Source: Candidatus Cloacimonadales bacterium (GTDB taxonomy: Bacteria > Cloacimonadota > Cloacimonadia > Cloacimonadales > DAONDQ01). From it: DNA of 64,000 nucleotides. The notes under the pieces are model-generated. The model did not search any database, was not told the origin of the DNA, and saw only the letters and a program-made list of their open reading frames with translations. The stretch is from NCBI GenBank assembly GCA_963662275.1, contig OY759316.1:2240001-2304000 (forward strand), read 5' to 3'. Within the stretch, counting starts at the first letter, position 1, and the number at the start of each line of letters is the position of its first letter. This document shows positions 10,752-19,900 of the stretch, one piece after another. The position numbers were made by a program, and so were the translations under genes.

Positions 10752-11285
10752 ATGGAAAAGTGGATGGGAACGACCATTATTGGTATTCTCAATAATGGTA
10801 AATTAGCTATCGGTGGAGATGGTCAGGTTACCTTGGGAAACACCGTGATAAAGGCTAATGCACAGAAGATTCGCAAATTATATGATGGAAAGATCATTGC
10901 CGGTTTTGCAGGTGCTACTGCTGATGCATTCACACTGTTCGAAAAATTCGAAGAAAAGCTAAAAGCATATAAAGGTAACTTGCGTAAGGCAGCAGTCGAA
11001 TTAGCAAAAGATTGGCGTTCAGATAGAGTTTTAAGGCATTTAGAAGCAATGATCATTGTGGGAGATAAAGATGCACTGCTAATCATTTCCGGAAGCGGTG
11101 ATGTTTTGGAAACGGATGACAATATTGCTGCCATTGGTTCTGGAGGCAGCTACGCACTTGCAGCCGCACGTGCTATGACAAATAAGACAAAGATGAGTCC
11201 TGCTGATATTGTCACTGAATCTCTTCATATAGCCGCAGATATCTGTATCTATACAAATCACCAAATACACGTTGAGGAATTATAA
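10752..11285 (+). CDS. hslV: ATP-dependent protease subunit HslV
   Basis: TTII N-terminal nucleophile after a 6-aa propeptide, GDGQVT, AIGSGG. Confidence 0.97.
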   Translation: MEKWMGTTIIGILNNGKLAIGGDGQVTLGNTVIKANAQKIRKLYDGKIIAGFAGATADAFTLFEKFEEKLKAYKGNLRKAAVELAKDWRSDRVLRHLEAMIIVGDKDALLIISGSGDVLETDDNIAAIGSGGSYALAAARAMTNKTKMSPADIVTESLHIAADICIYTNHQIHVEEL

Positions 11286-11287
11286 TC

Positions 11288-12658
11288 ATGATACACCATG
11301 ACCAGCTTACACCAGCCAGGATCGTTTCCGAACTGGATAAATACATTATTGGGCAGGATCGTGCTAAACGTTCGGTTGCCATCGCATTAAGAAACCGATG
11401 GAGAAGACAGCAGATCGTTGGTGATATGCAGCAGGAAATTATACCGAACAATATTATTCTCATCGGTCCAACAGGAGTAGGTAAGACTGAAATAGCCAGG
11501 CGTTTATCCCGTTTAGCAAACGCACCTTTCATTAAAGTGGAAGCTTCAAAATTTACGGAAGTAGGTTATGTCGGTCGTGATGTCGAATCCATGGTGCGTG
11601 AGCTTATGGATATAGCAGTCAACCAGGTAAGAACCGAGATGATGTCAGATGTCCAGGAACTTGCTCTTCAACACGCAAAAGACAGAGTCCTGGATATCCT
11701 GGTTCCCTTGCCTAAGAAACAGCCTAATGGAAAGGATGAATCTGAAACACTAGCAGAACGTCACAGGCGTACCAGAGTCAAGATGGCTAATATGCTTGAA
11801 TTGGGAAAATTAAATGACAGGGATGTTGATATCAAGATAGAAGACCTCCATGAAACCCCGCATGTCGAGATATTTTCCAATATGGGTATGGAACTCATGG
11901 ATTTCAATATCAATGAAATGATGAATAACATCCTTCCTTTTAAGGGTGGTTCGAAAGAAAAGACGAAAAAGATGAAGGTTCCTGAAGCCATCGAACTTCT
12001 TGCGGAAGCTGAAGCAAATAACATGGTTAATAAAGATAAAGTAATTGAAATTGCGAAAGAACTAGTGGAAAACAATGGTATTATTTTCATTGATGAAATT
12101 GACAAGATTGCTTCAACAGATAAATCATCCAATGTTGATGTATCCAGATCAGGAGTACAACGTGACCTTCTTCCTATTGTGGAAGGATCGAACGTTCCAA
12201 CCAAATATGGTATCGTCGACACAGCTCACATACTGTTTATTGCAGCAGGTGCATTCCATGTAGCCAAACCTTCCGATTTAATACCTGAATTGCAAGGTCG
12301 TTTTCCCATCCGGGAAGAATTATCATCTCTTACAAAAGAAGATTTTGAAAGAATACTCATTGAACCGGAGAATGCACTAACAAAGCAATACATAGCTATC
12401 TTTGCTTCCGAAGGAGTGAAACTGTCTTTCGAGAAAAAAGCCATATCTCTTTTAGCGGAATATGCCACTCTGGCAAACGAAAAAATGGAGGATATTGGAG
12501 CTAGGAGACTTCATACCATAATGAACCATCTGTTGGAAGAATACTTATTCGACATGCCTGATAAAACATTTAAGCATGTGATAGTCACACCGAAGATGGT
12601 GAAAGAAAAGCTGAACAAAATTATCCAGAATGAAGATCTCTCGCGTTACATCCTCTAA
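11288..12658 (+). CDS. hslU: ATP-dependent protease ATPase subunit HslU
   Basis: GPTGVGKTE, GYVG pore loop, ELQGRFP. Confidence 0.98.
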   Translation: MIHHDQLTPARIVSELDKYIIGQDRAKRSVAIALRNRWRRQQIVGDMQQEIIPNNIILIGPTGVGKTEIARRLSRLANAPFIKVEASKFTEVGYVGRDVESMVRELMDIAVNQVRTEMMSDVQELALQHAKDRVLDILVPLPKKQPNGKDESETLAERHRRTRVKMANMLELGKLNDRDVDIKIEDLHETPHVEIFSNMGMELMDFNINEMMNNILPFKGGSKEKTKKMKVPEAIELLAEAEANNMVNKDKVIEIAKELVENNGIIFIDEIDKIASTDKSSNVDVSRSGVQRDLLPIVEGSNVPTKYGIVDTAHILFIAAGAFHVAKPSDLIPELQGRFPIREELSSLTKEDFERILIEPENALTKQYIAIFASEGVKLSFEKKAISLLAEYATLANEKMEDIGARRLHTIMNHLLEEYLFDMPDKTFKHVIVTPKMVKEKLNKIIQNEDLSRYIL

Positions 12659-13949
12659 ATTCAAGAATCGCGTTCGCGATACCTTCAGGGCACTCGAAAA
12701 CAGGAATTACCGCTTGTTTTTTGCAGGGCAGGGTGTTTCTCTTATTGGTACTTGGATGCAAAGGACCACGATGGGATGGTTTATCTATCGTATCACCGGT
12801 TCTGCATTCCTATTAGGTTTGATGGGCTTCCTCTCCCAAATACCAATTCTTTTCCTTAATCCTTTTGCAGGTGTCATCGCAGATAGGTACAATAGAAGAA
12901 CGATACTCATTTTCACTCAAATCGCATTTACAATCCAAGCGAGTATTCTATCAATACTTGTCCTGACTAATACGTATAAGATATGGATGCTGCTTACTTT
13001 GGCAGTTTTCCAGGGAATGATTGATTCATTTGATGGACCTGTGCGGCAATCCTTTGTTGTAGATATGGTAGAAAATAAAAAGTACATCACGAATGTTATC
13101 GCTTTGAATTCAGCTATGTTCAATATCGCTCGCTTAATTGGACCTTCTGTTGCGGGAATTCTGATCATCAAATTAAGCGAAGGTTATTGTTTTGCTATTA
13201 ATGCGATTAGTTATATAGCTGTTATTATATCATTGCTATTAATGAAGATAACTCCTAAAGTAATTCAAGTAAGCAAGCGTAAATTCATTACCCACATCAG
13301 GGAAGGTTGGAAGTACACTTTCAAGCATCCTATTCTTAAACATTTAATACTAAACATTGCGGTATTTACTTTATTAGCCATGTCTTATACAACCTTATTA
13401 CCTATATTTGCTAAAGATATTCTCCATGGTAATTCCAAGACCATGGGATTACTAATGTCCATGGCAGGTGTAGGTGCGTTGATTGGTGCCCTATATCTTG
13501 CATCACGCAAGACATTAAAAGGATTAGTAACAAAAATGCTAGTAGGTGGTTGTGTAGTTGGCATAACTTTACTGATCTTTTCACAATCACATATATTTGC
13601 TTTAAGCTTTATCCTCATGTTTTTTATAGGTATCGGTATGATGATGCAGATGGCTGTCAGCAATTCGCTCATTCAAACACTTGTTGATGATGATAAGCGT
13701 GGAAGGGTGATGAGCCTGTATATGATGTCTTTGATGGGAGTATCACCTTTCGGCAGTTTTCTTGTCGGATCAGCAGCAAGCCGATTCACAGCCCCGAAAA
13801 CAATGACGGTTTGTGCGTCTTTGCTATTGATCTGGATTATTTATTCTGCAATAAAAATGACGAAAATGAGAGGATTGATCAACACCTCAATACAAAATAA
13901 GTTAGAAAAAGAAGAAGTCCGTTCCTATCAATTAAAAACCCCAAATTAA
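12630..13949 (+). CDS. MFS transporter (H+ antiporter / MFS_3 type)
   Basis: About 12 TM segments, GVIADRYNRR motif A, N-terminal RNYRLFFAGQ. Confidence 0.92.
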   Translation: MKISRVTSSKFKNRVRDTFRALENRNYRLFFAGQGVSLIGTWMQRTTMGWFIYRITGSAFLLGLMGFLSQIPILFLNPFAGVIADRYNRRTILIFTQIAFTIQASILSILVLTNTYKIWMLLTLAVFQGMIDSFDGPVRQSFVVDMVENKKYITNVIALNSAMFNIARLIGPSVAGILIIKLSEGYCFAINAISYIAVIISLLLMKITPKVIQVSKRKFITHIREGWKYTFKHPILKHLILNIAVFTLLAMSYTTLLPIFAKDILHGNSKTMGLLMSMAGVGALIGALYLASRKTLKGLVTKMLVGGCVVGITLLIFSQSHIFALSFILMFFIGIGMMMQMAVSNSLIQTLVDDDKRGRVMSLYMMSLMGVSPFGSFLVGSAASRFTAPKTMTVCASLLLIWIIYSAIKMTKMRGLINTSIQNKLEKEEVRSYQLKTPN

Positions 13950-14490
13950 AAACCGGTAGAACTGAAAAGAAAACAGACTTTTCACGATAGATCAATTGTG
14001 ATTGAATGGAAGAAAAGAAAGCTGAGAAAGCAGATGGAATTCACTGAAAACTGCTTGAAAAATCTCTTAGCATGTGAGAGATTGGTGAGTGGATCCTGAG
14101 GGAATTAAGAATTAGACTCTGTGGAAAAAAGTAGCTAAGGAATACTGGAGTCCAAATCGCCACCGTGACTTGTTGATAATCGATTAAATATTAGCAATAC
14201 GGACTTTTCATGAAAGCTAAGAGTTTGGAGTTCAAATGCCCTAAACAAATTATCATTGAATACTTAACTAAAAGGGCATTCGGACTTCAAAATCGACCTT
14301 TCATTCTCGGTAGCGAAAATCATTTTCTGGGAAGTTCAGTATTCCAATTACCTGAACAATTGATTATTATCACTTTAAATTCGTTTATTTTCGCTAATGC
14401 CAAAGTCCGCAATTCCTATAAATTGGCAGTAGTATGGTTGTTTTCGTAGGAATTTTGAACTCCGGCATGCGTGTCTACAGAAGGTGCTCC

Positions 14491-15210
14491 CTACTCCCTA
14501 TTAACTCTAGCCTTTTTCGATATTGCCTTAACAGGGCAACCGGCAAAATCATCATTATTCCCGTTACGGCAAATTCCGCAATGGATACATTTACTAAGGT
14601 CAATCAAAGCCTTGTTGTCGATGAATTGAATTGCTCCCACGGGGCAATGTGATACACATAACTGACACCCAATACAAATTGAAGGATCAACTTTATAATC
14701 GAAATCTTGTGGTTGTTCAATTGCGTTTTGTTTTATAGGTGCGGTGTTCTTCACTTGCTTTTTTGCTGGAGCAATCCCGGTTATAGACATCGGTTTTATT
14801 GTGCTGTTTGAATCAGAATTAACTTTCACCCCTTGATTGATCACAACCTTTATATTTGCTGAAGTTTTCGTAACATCGGGAGATGTATCTTGAACGGGTG
14901 CTTTGTGTATAACAGGTGATGATGTGCTTTCAGGTCCAAATGCTCCGACCGGACAACCCTTGTAATTTAACTGGTTACCTACCTGGCATAACTTACATCC
15001 AATACAAGTTTCCCGATCGATTACTGCCTTACCAAAATGAATGTGGATCGCATTTACAGGGCATACTTTCGTTTCGCAGCAATATCCGCAGGTAATGCAT
15101 TTCTTTTGATCAACACGGTATTTGATCATCTGGCTGTAACTAATGATGATCATAAAAGTGAGTAATACTGCAAGTATTGATTTCTTCACTGCATTTTCCG
15201 GTAGGGACAT
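14491..15210 (-). CDS. Protein with two 2x[4Fe-4S] ferredoxin domains and an N-terminal hydrophobic segment
   Basis: Four CxxCxxC...CP motifs and a low-complexity linker. Likely GTG start at 15189, coupled to the upstream TGA. Confidence 0.85.
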   Translation of the reverse strand: MSLPENAVKKSILAVLLTFMIIISYSQMIKYRVDQKKCITCGYCCETKVCPVNAIHIHFGKAVIDRETCIGCKLCQVGNQLNYKGCPVGAFGPESTSSPVIHKAPVQDTSPDVTKTSANIKVVINQGVKVNSDSNSTIKPMSITGIAPAKKQVKNTAPIKQNAIEQPQDFDYKVDPSICIGCQLCVSHCPVGAIQFIDNKALIDLSKCIHCGICRNGNNDDFAGCPVKAISKKARVNRE

Positions 15211-15980
15211 ACATTACATTCAGCTAATGCATCTTTTTTTGGACATCTATCAATACAAATCTGGCAGTGAATACAATTAGGATTCTTAACCAGTTCCACA
15301 TCCTTGATCTCAATATTCATGGGACACATCCGATTACAAGCTCCGCAATCAATACAAACTTCCATGTTTCTTAAGACCATTTTTCTTTTAAAACCTATGA
15401 AACCAAATACATATTGAAGAATATTCATCAAAGCACCATACGGGCATAAATAACGACACCAAATCCTTTCCGTAAGCAATGTGCCAAGAAAGAGAATTGC
15501 CAGCGTAACAACGCCTGCGAGAGTCATTTGAATCGGATAGGAAACAACCATGACGGGACAGAACTTCATGTACAGATAAGAAAAACCGAATAATCCACCT
15601 GCCAGGGTTATTAAAAAGACTAGATATTTTATCCACATGATCTTTTTATCAATAAAATGAGGAACTCGTTTTGTCAGACGGTATTTCTGATGACGGGTCA
15701 TAAAAAGCAATTCCTGGATTGTACCAAAGACACATACATGTGAACAGAACCATCTTCCCCAGAATATTGCGGATAAGGCGATCAGGAATCCAATAATCAT
15801 GGTCATGGGATACATGAGATAAGGTAGAATCTTATGAAGTCCGATAGTGCCGAAACACACGTTTGCATAAGGACAAAACTTATGGGCAATCTCGAATGTC
15901 CCTGCCATCAATAGGACAAATAAGAGAAGCTGAATGCCTAAAAAGAAGAATTGTATTTTATTACGAGTATCCTGGTACAT
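15186..15980 (-). CDS. Membrane 4Fe-4S protein (NapH/MauN/YccM-like)
   Basis: TM helices, GRWFCSHVC, ERIWCRYLCPYG and two C-terminal CxxCxxCxxxCP motifs. Confidence 0.88.
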   Translation of the reverse strand: MYQDTRNKIQFFFLGIQLLLFVLLMAGTFEIAHKFCPYANVCFGTIGLHKILPYLMYPMTMIIGFLIALSAIFWGRWFCSHVCVFGTIQELLFMTRHQKYRLTKRVPHFIDKKIMWIKYLVFLITLAGGLFGFSYLYMKFCPVMVVSYPIQMTLAGVVTLAILFLGTLLTERIWCRYLCPYGALMNILQYVFGFIGFKRKMVLRNMEVCIDCGACNRMCPMNIEIKDVELVKNPNCIHCQICIDRCPKKDALAECNVCPYRKMQ

Positions 15981-15994
15981 ACATCAGCTTTCAT

Positions 15995-16228
15995 TTATAA
16001 GCAGGTGGTTTCTTCTGTATCTTCTGTGTAATGAAGCTTAAATTCTTCCATAAACCTGGCAGCATCGATATCACGTAAGCTGATTTTTTCTATATAATCG
16101 TTATGATTCATGGTAACAGCCAAAGAGAATTTAAGATCTATGTATGAATAAGGTTTCACAAATTTCTGAACATACATCACCTTATCAAAAGGAATTATAT
16201 AAAGATCATTTTCAAAATAAGCCTTCAT
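15995..16228 (-). CDS. Small hypothetical protein
   Basis: GGAG RBS before ATG 16228; first gene of the ferredoxin operon. Confidence 0.6.
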   Translation of the reverse strand: MKAYFENDLYIIPFDKVMYVQKFVKPYSYIDLKFSLAVTMNHNDYIEKISLRDIDAARFMEEFKLHYTEDTEETTCL

Positions 16229-16468
16229 CGATACTCCCATTTCTATTTTTGTAAAGTTCTAATGCATAACACATTCCATTACTCATTAATTTTCGGTCAA
16301 GAGAGATTTACAGAAGGTATTTGGACACACTACTATGAAATGGATAAAAACCTGCCCAATATGTTAATTATTGATGATAATAATCCGTAATGCCAGTGTA
16401 CGAATCGATAAATAAATTGAAATATTGACATCATATCCAATTCATTATCATAGGAATAGATTATTAAA

Positions 16469-16492
16469 AGCAGGATCGTTGTCCTGCTCTAC
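16469..16492 (-). repeat. Solo GTAG REP element (same family as 63046-63235)
   Basis: Minus strand reads GTAGAGCAGGACAACGATCCTGCT. Confidence 0.75.
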
Positions 16493-16514
16493 ATTTTAGT
16501 ATTAAGGAGCGTAT

Positions 16515-17864
16515 GTGGATAAGATTTATGTATTAGATACAAACGTATTAATTCACAATCCCAATGCCCTATTTTCATTTGGAACACATCGAGTTGTTGT
16601 ACCAATCGTTGTCATTGAAGAAATTGATCAGTTTAAGAAGGGCGTTGATGAAAAAGGTAGGAATGCCCGACAAGTAGGTCGTTATCTCGATGCATTACGT
16701 GAACAGGGTAGTTTACAGGAAGGTGTGGAGAATGAGCAGGGTGGAATTATCCAGGTTACGGTTAAGAATAGTTTCACTGAAGATTCAAACAACTTGTTCT
16801 TCAGTGATAAAAATGATAACCTGATCATTGGAACAGCTCTCTATTTCAAGGAAGCCTATCCAACTGCACAAGTGATCCTGGTCTCCATGGATACAAATGT
16901 CCGTATTAAAGCAGATTGTGTGGGAATTAATGCAGAAAGCTTTGAAAACGATGCTGTGAAATTTGATGAACTCTATACAGGTGTCGATAATCTTGTTGTT
17001 TCTGCTGAAGCACTTCAACATATGGAAGAGAATAACTTCTTGGAAAATACATATAAGGATTTTTATCCAAATCAATTTATCCGATTACTCGATGCTGAAG
17101 AAAACCCAAGCAGGATTATCGTTACTCGTTACGATTTAAAATCAAAGTCATTCCATCCTTTTTCCTTCTATAAAGGACAATCCGTGTTTGGTATCATGGC
17201 ACGCAACCAGGAACAGGCAATGGCATTAGAACTTCTATTGGATGATAACGTAAAAATGGTTTCTCTTTCAGGTATTGCAGGAACCGGGAAAACTCTTCTC
17301 GCCATGGCAGCCGGTCTTCATAAAGTGATTGAGGAGAACAAATATACCAGGCTTGTGATATCTCGCCCCATCTCTCCCATGGGAAAAGATTTGGGTTATC
17401 TACCGGGTACAAAATCAGAAAAGTTCAATCCCTGGATGCAGCCTATCTATGATAATATGGATATACTTATTATGCAGCATAGTGAGAATGACCCAAGTGA
17501 TAGCGGTCGTCTCTTCGGTAAAAAGAAAGCGACACTTCAAGACTATCTCGATTATGAATTCATAGAATTAGAACCTCTCACGTATATCCGAGGACGTAGT
17601 CTTCCCAACCAGTTTATGATTATTGATGAAACTCAGAATTTAACACCTCATGAAATGAAGACCATAATTACACGAGCTGGGGAAGGAACAAAGATAGTAC
17701 TGACCGGTGACCCATATCAAATTGATATCCCTTACCTTGATTCTGAAAGTAATGGCTTAAGTGTTGCTGTGGAGAAGCTGAAAGGTGAAGAAATCATAGG
17801 GCATGTTACACTGGAGAAAGGTGAACGCTCAGTGCTTGCAGATATTGCGGCAAAGTACTTTTAA
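16515..17864 (+). CDS. PIN-PhoH family ATPase/ribonuclease (PhoH2/YlaK-like)
   Basis: N-terminal PIN YVLDTNVL, GIAGTGKT, RGRSL and IDETQN. Confidence 0.95.
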   Translation: MDKIYVLDTNVLIHNPNALFSFGTHRVVVPIVVIEEIDQFKKGVDEKGRNARQVGRYLDALREQGSLQEGVENEQGGIIQVTVKNSFTEDSNNLFFSDKNDNLIIGTALYFKEAYPTAQVILVSMDTNVRIKADCVGINAESFENDAVKFDELYTGVDNLVVSAEALQHMEENNFLENTYKDFYPNQFIRLLDAEENPSRIIVTRYDLKSKSFHPFSFYKGQSVFGIMARNQEQAMALELLLDDNVKMVSLSGIAGTGKTLLAMAAGLHKVIEENKYTRLVISRPISPMGKDLGYLPGTKSEKFNPWMQPIYDNMDILIMQHSENDPSDSGRLFGKKKATLQDYLDYEFIELEPLTYIRGRSLPNQFMIIDETQNLTPHEMKTIITRAGEGTKIVLTGDPYQIDIPYLDSESNGLSVAVEKLKGEEIIGHVTLEKGERSVLADIAAKYF

Positions 17865-17866
17865 AT

Positions 17867-19765
17867 ATGGATAATACTATGCAAGATCGAAGTTGGACAG
17901 AAATCAATCTTAGTCATTTTGCCCATAATCTGAAGCAATTAAAGACTTTTCTTCCTGATAACACTTCTTTTATGCAAATCGTAAAAGCTGATGCGTATGG
18001 TCATGGTGCATTTGAAATAGCTCAAATAGCCATTCGTGAAGGTGCTTCCTTCCTTGGTGTAGCAAATGCAGAAGAAGGTGCATTACTAAGGTATAAGGGG
18101 ATCTCTATACCCATTTTGATCCTTTCTCCTTCATTGGTTGCAGAAATTCCCATTATTCTTGATAATAATCTACTTTGTACGATCTCTGATCTTTCTTTTG
18201 CAGATACTTTGCATTTGGCAGCACTGGAAACAGGGAAGGTTGCATCTGTGCATATCAAACTAGACACTGGTATGCACCGCAATGGCTTTCCTTGTATTGA
18301 AATCCAGAGAGCATTCGAGGTCTTATCTAATTTGAAAAGCTTGGATATCAATGGAATCTATTCTCATTTTGCTGCCAGTGAAAATGATGAAAATTTTACA
18401 AAACAGCAGGTTAAATTATTTGAATCTTGCCTGGATGAACTTCCCCAAAGACCTAAATATATCCATATCTCGAACAGCGCTGCTGTACTAACTTTCAATA
18501 CTACTACCACAAATTTAGTTAGATTCGGTTTATTAAGCTATGGTATCTATTCAAATTATTCTCAGCAAACAAGAGTTAATCTCAAGCCTGTCATGATTTT
18601 TAAAACGAAAATAAGTTTGCTTAAGGTATTGTCCCAAGGAGATAGTGTTGGATATAATCGAACTTTTTATGCGCATCAGGATATGAGAATTGCCATATTA
18701 CCTGTTGGCTATGCAGATGGTTATGATTATATGCTTTCGAATAAGGGCTGTGTTTTACTAAATCATAAATTATGTCCCGTTATCGGTAAGATCAGCATGG
18801 ATATGATTGCTATTGATGTCTCTCACGTAGATGATGTCCAGGTCGGACAGGAAGTTATTCTCCTCGGGGGTGAATGTGAAGAGCTGAGAGCAGAAAATCT
18901 TGTCGCTCTCTACCAGGGAAATCCTTACGAATTGTTATGCCAGATTGGTAGAAGAGCTAAGCGTTATTACTATGAAAATGACAGTTTAGTATCCAGTTCT
19001 CCCCTACTCCGCAGGGAATTTGTATCTCATGACTTCACTGACCAGAAGTTATCGACAATCATTGAATCTGCTCTTTCACAAAGGTTGCAAAGCAAGGAGC
19101 TGTCTTCTCTTATCGTTCATGATATTCTCAAAATGTTCTTTTTCAATCGTGACAGGAATATTCATTATCGTCAGCAATTTGAACATGAGATTTCATTCAG
19201 AGAAAATCAGGAAGTATCCCGAGCAGATTATTTCCTAACTGATACCAGGCTTTCATATCGAAAAGTACTTCAGAATGATTATTTTATTGTTGCCTGTGCT
19301 AATAATTCGAAAACATTGGATAAGTATTTTAGAAGACAAGATATTGAATATAGATGGCTTATAGATGAGAATTTCAATTTAGACAAGGATAGTTTTAATG
19401 TAACATCCGTTAAAGTTAATGATCTTGATTTAATAGTCACAAACCAAGTAAAGGATGGATGCCTGGAAATTCATTGTACGCATGAAGCACTTAAGAATCT
19501 TGTTGGACAGGAAGTAGTATTTTCTATTGAGACTCAAACCTACTATTCTCGTCTTTCTCATCAATTAAGTATCTTTATCAATGACCTGACTCGAGGTGTG
19601 AGTGTGCGATTCAACTTCCCTTCTTACCTGGAGGTCGAAGCTATCCCTATTTTTGCAGGACAAAACAAGTTTCCAAAAATTGATGCTGATGATAATAACA
19701 TAAGAGTCTATTCAAATCAAGACGAATGGATATTCCCTCAAAGCGGTATTGTGTTTGCATACTAG
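17867..19765 (+). CDS. alr: Alanine racemase with C-terminal extension of about 260 aa of unknown function
   Basis: VKADAYGHG (PLP Lys), KLDTGMHRNG, VGYNRT, GYADG, GKISMDM. Confidence 0.92.
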   Translation: MDNTMQDRSWTEINLSHFAHNLKQLKTFLPDNTSFMQIVKADAYGHGAFEIAQIAIREGASFLGVANAEEGALLRYKGISIPILILSPSLVAEIPIILDNNLLCTISDLSFADTLHLAALETGKVASVHIKLDTGMHRNGFPCIEIQRAFEVLSNLKSLDINGIYSHFAASENDENFTKQQVKLFESCLDELPQRPKYIHISNSAAVLTFNTTTTNLVRFGLLSYGIYSNYSQQTRVNLKPVMIFKTKISLLKVLSQGDSVGYNRTFYAHQDMRIAILPVGYADGYDYMLSNKGCVLLNHKLCPVIGKISMDMIAIDVSHVDDVQVGQEVILLGGECEELRAENLVALYQGNPYELLCQIGRRAKRYYYENDSLVSSSPLLRREFVSHDFTDQKLSTIIESALSQRLQSKELSSLIVHDILKMFFFNRDRNIHYRQQFEHEISFRENQEVSRADYFLTDTRLSYRKVLQNDYFIVACANNSKTLDKYFRRQDIEYRWLIDENFNLDKDSFNVTSVKVNDLDLIVTNQVKDGCLEIHCTHEALKNLVGQEVVFSIETQTYYSRLSHQLSIFINDLTRGVSVRFNFPSYLEVEAIPIFAGQNKFPKIDADDNNIRVYSNQDEWIFPQSGIVFAY

Positions 19766-19864
19766 GGGCTAAGCACAGAGAAGAGAAAATAACGCAATTT
19801 GTGAATATAGAAACACCAAATTGATTTTAGTGGTTATCAAATTACTTTCAACTTCTGCTCTGAT

Positions 19865-19896
19865 CTAACACCTAGAACCTAGAGCCTAGCACCTAC
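19865..19896. repeat. Heptamer tandem repeat (CCTAGNN)n between convergent genes
   Basis: ctaaca cctagaa cctagag cctagca cctac. Confidence 0.7.
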
Positions 19897-19900
19897 GAAA

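Noticed and set aside
10752..10775. HslV not starting with Thr at residue 2
   Set aside because: Short N-terminal extensions before the TT motif are known in HslV/ClpQ homologs; not novel.
14210..14449. 79-aa ORF in the intergenic region after the MFS gene
   Set aside because: No RBS or domain signal, and it overlaps degenerate inverted repeats.
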